From contig CALGXU010000088.1 of assembly GCA_937935205.1 (NCBI GenBank), positions 1 through 52,093 of the forward strand: 52,093 bases of DNA, given 5' to 3'. Within the stretch, counting starts at the first letter, position 1, and every line of letters starts with the position of its first letter. The translations under genes were made by a program, and so were the position numbers. The notes below the pieces were generated by a model, which was not told the DNA's origin, did no database searches, and saw only the letters and a list, made by a program, of their open reading frames with translations. This document shows positions 9,924-18,634 of this stretch, one piece after another. This DNA comes from an uncultured Rothia sp. Lineage in GTDB: Bacteria; Actinomycetota; Actinomycetes; Actinomycetales; Micrococcaceae.

Positions 9924-12488
9924 TCACGCTAGAAATACAGACAACTCTTCCTCGAACATGAAGTCCAAGAGGTCATCTTCTTCTAGTAGATCATCAGGCG
10001 AATAGTACTGACCTTCTGAATCACCGGCCATAATCGCTCCAATGTTTTGGTATGCGTAAATGACAGCATCAAGAACGTCAGGCGACTTGATGCCACGCTT
10101 ACGCATATTTTCTTTCGATTCAATCAGAATGGCACTACCACGGTACTCATACTTGATAGAAGCAATTTCATTGTGGAGTTCATCGTCATCGGGCAGGAAG
10201 ACACGACCATCAGCGACAGCCTTAGCGAATTGATCGTACATAGCAGCTCGATAGTTATACCACTTCGTACTATCCCCGGACTTCGCGTTACCGTGAATAC
10301 CGATGACAGAAATGTCAGCGGGCACGAAATTGTAGATACTATCGAGAACAGACGCACCGACACCAATAGCGTCAATACGAATCTCGACAGCCCCGAGTTC
10401 GACTGCCAGCTCACCAACCTTACGGGCAAGCTCAGGGCCATTCAAGCCCTGGTAACGCCCATGAATACGGATGTACCCACCTTGGTTAGATACGATCACT
10501 GAGCTGTCGGAACCATAACGAGCAACGTCAACACCGAGAACAATCGGCATACCCTCGTCAGGTTCAGAAGTGTCGTACGCCTCCATAGACTGCATGACAC
10601 GGCCCATGTTGAACAGGCCGTCGTCAGACACGTCTGGGAACTCACCGAGGACACGCGCTACGAAACGAGGGTCATCCTCGCCCCATTCCTTCTTACGTGC
10701 CTCAACCCAGTCAACCTGCACAAGACGAGTCGCAACCTCGACAGGTACGACCTCACCCGTGAAATTAGGCGTGTCGTACGCGCCGAACTGGATGATGTTC
10801 CAGGAGCGCTCTTCAGGCTTCAGGCGCATCTCGCGCTTGAACACCTCGGCCATGTAGCACGACGGGTCGTTAGGGTTAGCAATAGCCAGGATGCGTGCAT
10901 ACTTGTTGGTCGTGATTGCGTCCGCAGCGGTGAAGATTTCCTTGGAGATGCCTCCTGCCTCATCCATAATCACTAGGACGTACTGGTCGTGGACACCCTG
11001 AAAGCCCGACTCGTCCTTATCGTCCGGCTTCATACCGAAAGCGATAGGGTCTTGTCGGTCTCCCATCTTCCACGTCGCATCGGCGTTAACCTTGCCACCG
11101 ATGCCAGCATCAGCCTTGACACGAGGTATTTCTTTCCACAGGACGTTGCGGACCTGTTTCCAGTTTGTCGCCGTCGTGACGACTGTCGTATCATCGACAG
11201 GATGAGTGTCTACCCACCAGTTGACGAGCATTGCAGAGAGTCGGCTGTTGTGGGTTGGCACCATATGCTCACCAACCAGGTACATGTGGCTCTCGGAGTC
11301 CACCTCAATACACTGGGTTGGCTCAGTCGGCACCGTCACGACATCGACAATGGTACGCACGGTCTTGCGCGAAGACTGAGCATCTTTCTGAGGTCGCTCA
11401 AGGCTCTTCACAGAACCGGGCGTGAATGGGTCGAACGTCGGGTTGAACACCATACGCCAGCGAGGGCCAACATCTTCACCATTCAGGTACGTCCGCTCCT
11501 TAGAGACAGAGCAGCGCACGCCAAGAGAACGAATCAGCTCGACAACGCCCAGTGCCAACTGTTCGTTCATGAAGTCAACACCGACAGCAGTTCCAGTATT
11601 CGTGCCAGCATTGAAGCCGTCAGTGTCCATGAGGCCGCGCAGAAGATCAATCCTCTGCTCGATAGACGCACGCAGATACGCCTGCGGGATATGCTTGTTG
11701 TTCAGCACACCAAGCTCACGCAGCTTAGCCCTGTAACCTTGATGAGTAAAAGCAAGACATTCAGCCGTATCTGAGTGATAAGAATACTGACGAAGCTCAA
11801 TACCCTTTTCAGCAAAGATTTGCTTGATATGCTTCTTTCGCTCACCAATAGTAATGCAAGGGTCGCATGAGTGACCATCACCGAGCCACACGCCAAGCAC
11901 GTAAGGGTCAACCAGTAGATCAGCTTCTTGTCCGACAATAGGCGCGTTAATCGGAACGTAATGGTTAGCCTGGTTCTGCTTACCGTGTCGCAGAGACGAC
12001 ATGATCTCCCGCGTTTCACGGGTATGACCATAAGACCAGCCGTTACGCCAGTCACCATCAATACGCTTACGTGCCTTCTTAGCCTCGTTGAAGTTAAGAG
12101 TCACCCACTCATGGGCCTCCGGGCAAATAACCTCAGCACCATCATTGAACACCACCTTAACCAGTGGAATGTTCCACACGGGTGATTTAGCAACAACCTT
12201 AGTAGGCTTACCATGCTCGTCAAGAACATAGTCACCAACGCGAAGTTCACCCATTGTCGTCCAGCCAGTAGGAGTAGGCAATGGTTCTGACACTCTTGTC
12301 GCCTTGCCTACGCCGTTAGAAGTGACAACCAACGTCTTTTGGTGCTCTACAACACTGCGCGCGACTTCACGCTGCTTCGACCACATAAACAGGCCGTGGT
12401 CTTCAGCCCACTTGGCAGGGTTGTTACGCCACACTTCAAGACGCTGGGCATCAGAAAACTTCTTAGCGACAGCACCGAAAGGCAGCAT
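9924..12488 (-). CDS. terL: Terminase large subunit with intein (about 502 aa after splicing)
   Basis: Walker A TSNGVGK|S split by an intein, Walker B VIMDEAG, nuclease motifs LGVDVARYGSD and SPDVLDA. Confidence 0.95.
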   Translation of the reverse strand: MLPFGAVAKKFSDAQRLEVWRNNPAKWAEDHGLFMWSKQREVARSVVEHQKTLVVTSNGVGKATRVSEPLPTPTGWTTMGELRVGDYVLDEHGKPTKVVAKSPVWNIPLVKVVFNDGAEVICPEAHEWVTLNFNEAKKARKRIDGDWRNGWSYGHTRETREIMSSLRHGKQNQANHYVPINAPIVGQEADLLVDPYVLGVWLGDGHSCDPCITIGERKKHIKQIFAEKGIELRQYSYHSDTAECLAFTHQGYRAKLRELGVLNNKHIPQAYLRASIEQRIDLLRGLMDTDGFNAGTNTGTAVGVDFMNEQLALGVVELIRSLGVRCSVSKERTYLNGEDVGPRWRMVFNPTFDPFTPGSVKSLERPQKDAQSSRKTVRTIVDVVTVPTEPTQCIEVDSESHMYLVGEHMVPTHNSRLSAMLVNWWVDTHPVDDTTVVTTATNWKQVRNVLWKEIPRVKADAGIGGKVNADATWKMGDRQDPIAFGMKPDDKDESGFQGVHDQYVLVIMDEAGGISKEIFTAADAITTNKYARILAIANPNDPSCYMAEVFKREMRLKPEERSWNIIQFGAYDTPNFTGEVVPVEVATRLVQVDWVEARKKEWGEDDPRFVARVLGEFPDVSDDGLFNMGRVMQSMEAYDTSEPDEGMPIVLGVDVARYGSDSSVIVSNQGGYIRIHGRYQGLNGPELARKVGELAVELGAVEIRIDAIGVGASVLDSIYNFVPADISVIGIHGNAKSGDSTKWYNYRAAMYDQFAKAVADGRVFLPDDDELHNEIASIKYEYRGSAILIESKENMRKRGIKSPDVLDAVIYAYQNIGAIMAGDSEGQYYSPDDLLEEDDLLDFMFEEELSVFLA
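11247..12302 (-). mobile_element. Class 3 intein (352 aa) with LAGLIDADG homing endonuclease
   Basis: Starts Ala (ATRVSEPLPTPTGW), block B HEW, block F TQCIEVD, ends PTHN|S; LAGLIDADG motifs YVLGVWLGDG and LLRGLMDTDG. Confidence 0.93.
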
Positions 12489-13075
12489 TACTCACCCTCA
12501 ACTTCCACAGTCGCCTCAAGAAGAGCAGCAGGCTTGTTCACAGCCTGAGAGAACCAGTCAGCCTTGTTCGTCTCCAAAGCCTTCTTAGCCCCAGCCGACA
12601 GGTGCGGGTACATGAGAGCCGTGTACTCTTCCAACACCTGATTAGTGAACGACAGCATGATGTTCACTTGCTTCTCTTCGATCACACGAATCTCATGAGT
12701 CACCGTCTGGCGCTTGAGGTTAGCGACCTCGGAAATCTCACGCAGAACAGCAAGAACAGCCTGAAGATTCTGGCCCCAGTTACCCTTCTCGTCAGCAAGA
12801 CCAAATATCTCGATCTGGCTGTAGGCCATGTCAACAAGCGCATCAAGACGATCAAGCTGCTTGATGCGCATATTACGGGGCGACAACTCCTGTCGGCTGT
12901 CGTAATAGGACTGCTCGATAACGAACAGTTCTTCAGATGTGAAGCCTGTCGCAGAGATGATCTTGTTACGCTCCGTACCACGCTTCAGCAGCGACAAAGC
13001 CATGTCGCGCTTGCCACGCAGCTCCGGGTCATCACTCGTCAGCAAATCGCGCGAGTTCGTCTTGGATACCACCAA
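12488..13075 (-). CDS. Terminase small subunit (true start probably further downstream)
   Basis: Stop overlaps the terL start; N-terminal HTH-like segment followed by helical segments. Confidence 0.7.
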   Translation of the reverse strand: MVVSKTNSRDLLTSDDPELRGKRDMALSLLKRGTERNKIISATGFTSEELFVIEQSYYDSRQELSPRNMRIKQLDRLDALVDMAYSQIEIFGLADEKGNWGQNLQAVLAVLREISEVANLKRQTVTHEIRVIEEKQVNIMLSFTNQVLEEYTALMYPHLSAGAKKALETNKADWFSQAVNKPAALLEATVEVEGE

Positions 13076-13184
13076 GCACCTCCTTCACAGCCTTCTGAAA
13101 CTTGTTGTCCAAGTACACGTAAGTACAAGCAGCACCGGCAATCAAGCCAGCAGCGAGACCAACCAAAAACCAGGCAATGAGCAT
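13032..13184 (-). CDS. Small single-TM membrane protein (lysis cassette)
   Basis: MLIAWFLVGLAAGLIAGAAC...; ATG overlaps the previous TAA; GGAGG RBS. Confidence 0.65.
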   Translation of the reverse strand: MLIAWFLVGLAAGLIAGAACTYVYLDNKFQKAVKEVLGGIQDELARFADE

Positions 13185-13426
13185 TAGTCCTCCTTTGGAA
13201 CGGAAGGCAAGTCTTCTACCTTCACACCGGCCTGAACAGCCGCAACGCGCACCGCATAAGCGTGCTCCTTCCACAGGAACGCTTGCGTACGCAAATCAGC
13301 TTCAAGATCATCGCGGGCTTCTTGAATCTCTTGAGCCTTCTTGTAACGGTCAATGCACAAATCTATAAGTGCCTTAATAATGAGGGTAACAGCAGAGCAC
13401 ACAAGGCCAACGAGTGCCGTATTCAT
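13184..13426 (-). CDS. Membrane protein, TM plus coiled coil (lysis accessory)
   Basis: N-terminal TM followed by a coiled segment; AGGAGG RBS. Confidence 0.7.
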   Translation of the reverse strand: MNTALVGLVCSAVTLIIKALIDLCIDRYKKAQEIQEARDDLEADLRTQAFLWKEHAYAVRVAAVQAGVKVEDLPSVPKED

Positions 13427-13440
13427 CTGTCCTCCTGTTG

Positions 13441-13905
13441 TTACTCACTAACGGTTGACAAGTATTCTTGCCTTGTCTGATTATACCGTTCCTCTGCCTC
13501 TTCCAGCTTGCTCTTCGGCAGAACTCCGGGGCGATACGAATACGGCCACACACGCAGAGCACGCGCAAAAAAGAACAATGCGATAATTACTGACAAAATA
13601 ATAACATGGAGTGGCCAACGCACATGTGCCGTGGTCAGCACAAGTTCGTTAATCGAAATCAGCATAATTCCGAGCACGGCGACAAGTGCAGCGGGGCCTT
13701 CAAGCCACCAAGAACCCAACCATGCTGAAGGTGCGCCCAAAACACCCGAAACCAACATCAGCAATGCAGCGAGGATAATCACCCACGGCAACGAATCGTA
13801 GCTTGTCAGGAACCCAAGGCCAGTAAGCGAGATAGCAGTGTAAATAACCACCATCACCGCCGTTACTGACCGAGGTTCAGTCATAGTACCAAGTAGCTTC
13901 TTCAT
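13441..13905 (-). CDS. Four-TM membrane protein (holin-associated)
   Basis: Four hydrophobic helices; TATAAT 6 nt upstream of ATG suggests a leaderless transcript. Confidence 0.7.
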   Translation of the reverse strand: MKKLLGTMTEPRSVTAVMVVIYTAISLTGLGFLTSYDSLPWVIILAALLMLVSGVLGAPSAWLGSWWLEGPAALVAVLGIMLISINELVLTTAHVRWPLHVIILSVIIALFFFARALRVWPYSYRPGVLPKSKLEEAEERYNQTRQEYLSTVSE

Positions 13906-13911
13906 GAGGCC

Positions 13912-13954
13912 ATTATAGCGAAAACCCCCTCACTGACACCAGCAAGGGGGTTTT
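13912..13954 (-). terminator. Terminator hairpin immediately followed by -10 TATAAT
   Basis: AAAACCCC...GGGGTTTT inverted repeat 13921-13954; TATAAT at 13917-13912. Confidence 0.65.
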
Positions 13955-13965
13955 CTGTAATTGTG

Positions 13966-14220
13966 TCACTCAGCGTCAGGAGTGCCATATGACGGAGCCG
14001 TATAAACACCGCCAGTGTGAACAGTCGCAACAAGCAGACCAATCACCGAGAGAACTTGCTGAGCGACAGTAGACCACTGCTCCCAGCTTTCGGCAGTCCA
14101 ACCGCCGTAAGCGACACCAATCGCACCCAGAGCCGCAAACAGCGCGTACAGCGCCTTACGCCGCTCAGGGGTCAGCAGGTACCACTTAGTACGGTCAGTG
14201 GTCAAGACTTCATTAGCCAT
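13966..14220 (-). CDS. Holin
   Basis: Two TM helices, RRKALY motif, immediately downstream of the endolysin. Confidence 0.8.
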   Translation of the reverse strand: MANEVLTTDRTKWYLLTPERRKALYALFAALGAIGVAYGGWTAESWEQWSTVAQQVLSVIGLLVATVHTGGVYTAPSYGTPDAE

Positions 14221-14241
14221 GAAAGTTCCTCCTAGTAGAAG

Positions 14242-15264
14242 TTACTTCGATTCTACCAGGCGAACAAGGCCGTCAGCGTCTTGTTCGACAACCATCTTGC
14301 CGATAATCAGCTTACCGTCCTCACCGAAAATCGAGCACGCACCATCAAGGCGCGTCTGAGCGAGGCCGACAGCCATAGAGCCGTCCTTAGTAAGGAAGTA
14401 ATCACTGCCGTTGTACGACAGCCACCCGGTACGCATAGCACCGTTTTCCTCAAGGAAGTACCACTTGCCCTTGACGAGCTGCCAGCCGGTCTGCATCTGG
14501 CCCTTGTCGTTCAGGAGGAACCAGTTTTCACCGATCTTCTGCCAGCCAGTCTCCATCTCGCCGTAGCGCGAATCGTGCATATCGTGCAGGAAGTACCAGT
14601 GGCCGTCGATATGCTGCCAACCAGCCTGCAACCAACCCTTCTCGTTGGCATAGAACCACTTATCGTTCACAGGGAACCAGCCAGTCTCCCAGCCACCATC
14701 CGAGGTGCGGTACCACCAGCCACCATCCTGCGACACCCAGCCCTCAGACTGAGTGATCTCAGCATCAAGGTTGTCATAGTACGCCTGAGCCTTCTCCATG
14801 TATTCACCAGCGTACTTATCCCGCAGAGACGCGGGGCAGGCAGTCGAATAGAAGTCCGAGTGGGGGAACACGTTGACACGCCACTGCGGACGACCAAGAC
14901 CATACGCACGACACAGGGCCGCAGTCAGGTGCGCACCAGCATCAAGCGTCGCTTCACTAATGTCCCAGCCACCCTCAGCACCAGTGGAGTTAGCGTGCTC
15001 AATGCCAATCGAACACGAGTTAACGCCGGGGCAGTGCCAGGCCGTGTCCTTGTCGTGGACGAACTGTGCGGTGCTGCCGTCAATGTCCACATTGTAGTGC
15101 GCAGACGTGCCATTATGGTTAAACGCTGCAAGGACACCACCATGCGACATAGCCTTGCCAGCGTTGTGGTGGACGATAACACGGTCAAGTGCTCGACTAC
15201 GGCCCTCATCGTAGTTATCGCACCACAGGTTGTAGTCAGCGATCAGATTATGCCAGTCAGTCAC
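14242..15264 (-). CDS. Endolysin: N-acetylmuramoyl-L-alanine amidase with choline-binding-type cell-wall repeats
   Basis: VIVHHNAG, SAHY, SIGIEH, PHSDFYSTACP zinc-amidase motifs; about 6 GW...W(Y/F)...G.M.TGW repeats; GTG start after AGGAG. Confidence 0.92.
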   Translation of the reverse strand: MTDWHNLIADYNLWCDNYDEGRSRALDRVIVHHNAGKAMSHGGVLAAFNHNGTSAHYNVDIDGSTAQFVHDKDTAWHCPGVNSCSIGIEHANSTGAEGGWDISEATLDAGAHLTAALCRAYGLGRPQWRVNVFPHSDFYSTACPASLRDKYAGEYMEKAQAYYDNLDAEITQSEGWVSQDGGWWYRTSDGGWETGWFPVNDKWFYANEKGWLQAGWQHIDGHWYFLHDMHDSRYGEMETGWQKIGENWFLLNDKGQMQTGWQLVKGKWYFLEENGAMRTGWLSYNGSDYFLTKDGSMAVGLAQTRLDGACSIFGEDGKLIIGKMVVEQDADGLVRLVESK

Positions 15265-15562
15265 TATAACTTCTCCTAATCTCCCAAGGACCGAAGTCCT
15301 CATACTCGGAGATAATCATATCAGTGAACACCCGGATACCCTCTTTCGTGACATACACCTGGGGATGCGAGTTTCTACCGTTCTTATAGACACGCCAGAT
15401 ACCAAGCAGTCCTTTGGCCTTTTCCGTAGGCTCGCTAATATGCCGACCCTTCTTCAGATATCCTTCACGGCGTAGAAACCTAATGACCTTCGTAGAGCCA
15501 ATACTTGGAATCTCTTTCCTCAGACTCTTACCGAAATCACGCAAGCTAATTTCTTCCATCAC
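15257..15562 (-). CDS. Stand-alone ANT (KilA-C / antirepressor) domain protein
   Basis: ISLRDFGK...IGSTKVIRFLRREGYL...PT...QVYVTKEG pattern. Confidence 0.7.
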   Translation of the reverse strand: MMEEISLRDFGKSLRKEIPSIGSTKVIRFLRREGYLKKGRHISEPTEKAKGLLGIWRVYKNGRNSHPQVYVTKEGIRVFTDMIISEYEDFGPWEIRRSYSD

Positions 15563-15984
15563 ATACCATCCACATCAGTAAAGTAATCAGCAAACGGGTT
15601 ATCGCCAGGCTCAGCAAACTCCATATTAATAGGTGCTGCCTCAGCATCAGACGGACGCAGAACATCCTTTGGCTGTCGAACAGACTTGAAGATGAGAGTC
15701 CAGTCAACCGGCATGTAGTCACCGAGCAAGATCATGTCCTTGATCGTCAGGCTCCCGTTCACCAACTTAGTGTGGTAATAGCGTGCGGAAGGCCCACCGA
15801 TAAGTTCTCCATCTTTCATGACCGACAGGCCCGCATCCTTGAACTGCTTAATCACGAGTTCCCGAACGAAGGCAACACGGGTTTCTACATCCTGCGGGTA
15901 TTTGCCGCCCATCCGGGTGGCACGAGCCTTAGCCATGCGGGCGCGAGCCTCTTCGAGCTTCACAGGGTCAGTAATTTTAGTCAT
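15559..15984 (-). CDS. Hypothetical protein, possibly DNA-binding
   Basis: Coupled ORF with a basic N-terminus. Confidence 0.65.
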   Translation of the reverse strand: MTKITDPVKLEEARARMAKARATRMGGKYPQDVETRVAFVRELVIKQFKDAGLSVMKDGELIGGPSARYYHTKLVNGSLTIKDMILLGDYMPVDWTLIFKSVRQPKDVLRPSDAEAAPINMEFAEPGDNPFADYFTDVDGM

Positions 15985-16225
15985 TTTTCACCTCATACTT
16001 CTTCAAAAGGTCCGGTCGGAACCCAGACCAGTGTTCCTTAATTTGCGCACCTTCACGCACAACGACGACAGGTGCTTGCTGATAACCAAGTGCGCGGATA
16101 ATTGCCAGTGCATCTTCGTCTTCCGTTACGTCGGTGCTATTGAACGGCAGTCCAAGCGCCTTCAGCTTGCGGTACGTCGCCGTACACTGTGGGCAATTGG
16201 GCTTAGAATAGACGTTGATGTTCAT
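15977..16225 (-). CDS. nrdH: NrdH-like glutaredoxin
   Basis: VYSKPNCPQC...GYQQAPVV...HWSGFRPD. Confidence 0.93.
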   Translation of the reverse strand: MNINVYSKPNCPQCTATYRKLKALGLPFNSTDVTEDEDALAIIRALGYQQAPVVVVREGAQIKEHWSGFRPDLLKKYEVKND

Positions 16226-16227
16226 TC

Positions 16228-16638
16228 TCAGATAGACCTTCCAGTCGAACCAAAACCACCTTGACCACGCTCACCGGCTTGGACAGGTGGCTGTGCGTAG
16301 AGAGCTGATGCGCTCTCTAGCTTGACAATGACAATTTGAGCGACCCTTTCATGTTCTTCGAGAACGACAGGGGTGTCCTTGCTCATGTTCCACAGTGGAA
16401 CGAGAACTTCGCCCTCGTAACCAGCGTCGATGACACCAACACCATTAGCGAGTAGAAGCCCCTTCTTGCTCAAGGAAGAGCGGGCAAAGACGAGTCCGAC
16501 AGAGCCGTCAGGAATGTCGAACTTAGCGGGGTAGTAACCTGTCTGCACGAGGATAACTTCACCGGGATAGATAATCACCGGCATCTTCGTAGACAGGTCG
16601 AAACCAGCATCGTTATGGTGCTGTCGTACTGGTCTCAT
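16228..16638 (-). CDS. dut: Trimeric dUTPase
   Basis: AGFDL, RSS, GVIDAGYEGE, RVAQ, RGQGGFGSTG motifs I-V; ATG at 16638 after AAGGAGAA. Confidence 0.95.
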   Translation of the reverse strand: MRPVRQHHNDAGFDLSTKMPVIIYPGEVILVQTGYYPAKFDIPDGSVGLVFARSSLSKKGLLLANGVGVIDAGYEGEVLVPLWNMSKDTPVVLEEHERVAQIVIVKLESASALYAQPPVQAGERGQGGFGSTGRSI

Positions 16639-17161
16639 TAGTTCTCCTTTCGTTGAGTACAACCATGAGTGCAGTGGCTTTAGCAAACTTCAGTGTGCTT
16701 GGTGCTGCAATGCAGTCTGTGATAACTTCGTCGGCTAGTTGGCCGAAGTCTGTTTCTAGGGCGCTATAGTGCTCGTACCATTTGTTGATGTGTTGTCGGC
16801 TAATGCCCATGTATGTGTCTGGGTCGCCGCTTGTGACACTAATACGAGAGTCTTTGTCCCAAATATAGTTCAGGTCTTTGAGGTCCGGCACGTGTGGAAC
16901 TAACTTGTTTGCGTAATTGTTATTCCGGCTCACGTACTGACTCAGGCAAATGACGACATCATTGAATCGCGGCTTTGTCTTAGTCTCGCCGTACCACCAT
17001 TTGTAGATGCTGTCGATGAGCTTTTCTGCTGTTTCGTCTAGTTTTACAGGGTTGAACTTTTTGACGCTGGTTGGCTGCTTCGCAGCCCTGTCAGAGTAAC
17101 TAAAGCTGCTGCGGCCAACTCGCTTGAGCCACGTTTCCACAACCTTACTTGGGTCTGTCAT
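16613..17161 (-). CDS. Hypothetical protein
   Basis: 182 aa with AGGAGG RBS and an upstream promoter. Confidence 0.7.
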   Translation of the reverse strand: MTDPSKVVETWLKRVGRSSFSYSDRAAKQPTSVKKFNPVKLDETAEKLIDSIYKWWYGETKTKPRFNDVVICLSQYVSRNNNYANKLVPHVPDLKDLNYIWDKDSRISVTSGDPDTYMGISRQHINKWYEHYSALETDFGQLADEVITDCIAAPSTLKFAKATALMVVLNERRTNETSTTAP

Positions 17162-17184
17162 TGTCCCTCCTTTCTACGCAGTCA

Positions 17185-17239
17185 ATATTAGTACGTGTTA
17201 GTGTAGGGTACAAGCGAAACTGGTGTGACCTGTGCCACA
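17185..17239 (-). promoter_or_regulatory. Promoter TTGTAC-17-TAATAT with CRP-like box 10 bp upstream
   Basis: Box TGTGAcctgtgCCACA at 17224-17239 (plus-strand reading). Confidence 0.7.
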
Positions 17240-17254
17240 CTGTGTTTTGGGTAA

Positions 17255-17292
17255 GACAGAGCGCCAGCACTAAACAGCACTGGCGCTCTGTC
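17255..17292 (-). terminator. Hairpin downstream of the surface-protein gene
   Basis: 13-bp inverted repeat GACAGAGCGCCAG/CTGGCGCTCTGTC. Confidence 0.6.
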
Positions 17293-17322
17293 CTGTTAGG
17301 AAGGAGGCTTCTAGTGTATCAC

Positions 17323-18594
17323 TCAGATATGGTCGTTGCCAAATCGACCGGCACACCAGGCGAGGTAGCAGGCCAAGGCACCACCACCGATTGCAATAAG
17401 TGCAATCACGATAGCCTCAGATGCAGCACCCGTCTTAGCGAGCTTGCCCTGTTCTGGTACGACAGCCGGGGCAGGCGTAGGGGTCGCAGACTGCGGCTCA
17501 TCCGAAGGGCTAGGTGCCGGAGAAGGCTTCTCAGACGGTGCAGGAGCCGGAGTAGGCTTCTCGGAAGGAGCTGGCGTAGGCTCTTCAGAGGGCGCAGGAG
17601 TCGGCTTCACAGAAGGCGTAGGCTGCGGGGCAGGCGTAACACTCGGCTCCGGTACAGGGGCAGGCGTAGAAGGCTCCGGCGTAGGCTTCACAGAACCATC
17701 ACCATTCGTACCACCATTGCTCTTAACCGTCGCCGTAGCTTCGAGCTTCATACCATTCACCTCAGCACGGTTAGTCGCAGAAGTCTGGCCCTCGGGAACG
17801 ACAGTATGCTCAGGCGGGTAGACTACACACGTCTTGGACTCGTCAGGAGCCGTGAACTTGATCGTATTCGGGTCGATCTGCGTAGCAGTAACGGTCTCGG
17901 TCGTATCCGGGTTCCACGTATCCGACTTCGCGCACTTCACGGTCGTACCCAGCTTCGCGTCAAAGTCCTTCACGGTGTACTCGACACCACCCTTAGCAAT
18001 CCACTTAATGCCCCAGCTGATAGTCCCATCAGCGTTAGACCACCCGAACTTCACGTTCTCCGGGTTAGCGTACTCATAATGGGCCGGGTTTGCACAATCG
18101 TTGGTGCAGACCCCCTCACCATTCTTGTCACCCCAGACAAGGGTCTTCACAGCCTTACCGTTCAGCGTGATCGTACCCTCAGTGGTGCCAATCGCACCAC
18201 CCTGAAGCCGTGCCTTGGCCCACCAAGTGCCAGTAACATCCGTCTTGTCCTTGTAAGCGTCCGGCACTTCCTTGACCGTGCAAGTCAGCGTCGCCTCGTT
18301 AGCGACACACTCACCAATCCGAGTTCCGTCGTCCAACGTGAATGGGAAAGATGCCGCCCACGTGAACGGGGCCTTGCCCTCGTTCGGCACGGTCGAGACA
18401 ATGAACCGCTGGCCGACAGCCAGCTTCTCCACGGCCCAGGTGCCTCCGACGTTGACCTCCGAGGAAGTCTGCCGAGAAGAGGACGTAGCCTTCGTGACCT
18501 CAGCCTTGATCTCAGGGGTGTTGTCAGCAGCGTATGCAGCTGCCGGGGTGAGCATCAGGAGTGCGACACCTGTCGTCGCAAGAAACTTCTTCAT
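17323..18594 (-). CDS. Secreted, sortase-anchored (LAxTG) cell-surface protein with Ig-like domains and Pro-rich stalk
   Basis: Signal peptide MKKFLATTGVALLMLTPAAAYA; beta-rich Cys-containing body; PTPAPSE(E/K) stalk; LAKTG followed by a hydrophobic helix and short tail. Confidence 0.85.
   Translation of the reverse strand: MKKFLATTGVALLMLTPAAAYAADNTPEIKAEVTKATSSSRQTSSEVNVGGTWAVEKLAVGQRFIVSTVPNEGKAPFTWAASFPFTLDDGTRIGECVANEATLTCTVKEVPDAYKDKTDVTGTWWAKARLQGGAIGTTEGTITLNGKAVKTLVWGDKNGEGVCTNDCANPAHYEYANPENVKFGWSNADGTISWGIKWIAKGGVEYTVKDFDAKLGTTVKCAKSDTWNPDTTETVTATQIDPNTIKFTAPDESKTCVVYPPEHTVVPEGQTSATNRAEVNGMKLEATATVKSNGGTNGDGSVKPTPEPSTPAPVPEPSVTPAPQPTPSVKPTPAPSEEPTPAPSEKPTPAPAPSEKPSPAPSPSDEPQSATPTPAPAVVPEQGKLAKTGAASEAIVIALIAIGGGALACYLAWCAGRFGNDHI
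17465..17695 (-). repeat. Degenerate tandem repeats encoding the Pro/Thr/Ser stalk
   Basis: KPTPEPS, KPTPAPSEEPTPAPSEKPTPAPAPSEKPSPAPSP. Confidence 0.75.
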
Positions 18595-18634
18595 GTTGAT
18601 TGGTCCTTTCGTTGTTGTCCGGTCTGACAACTTG

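Noticed and set aside
14281..18627. Plus-strand ORFs 14281-15279 and 17149-18627
   Set aside because: Antisense to the endolysin and the surface protein; the Arg runs mirror the Pro-rich stalk.
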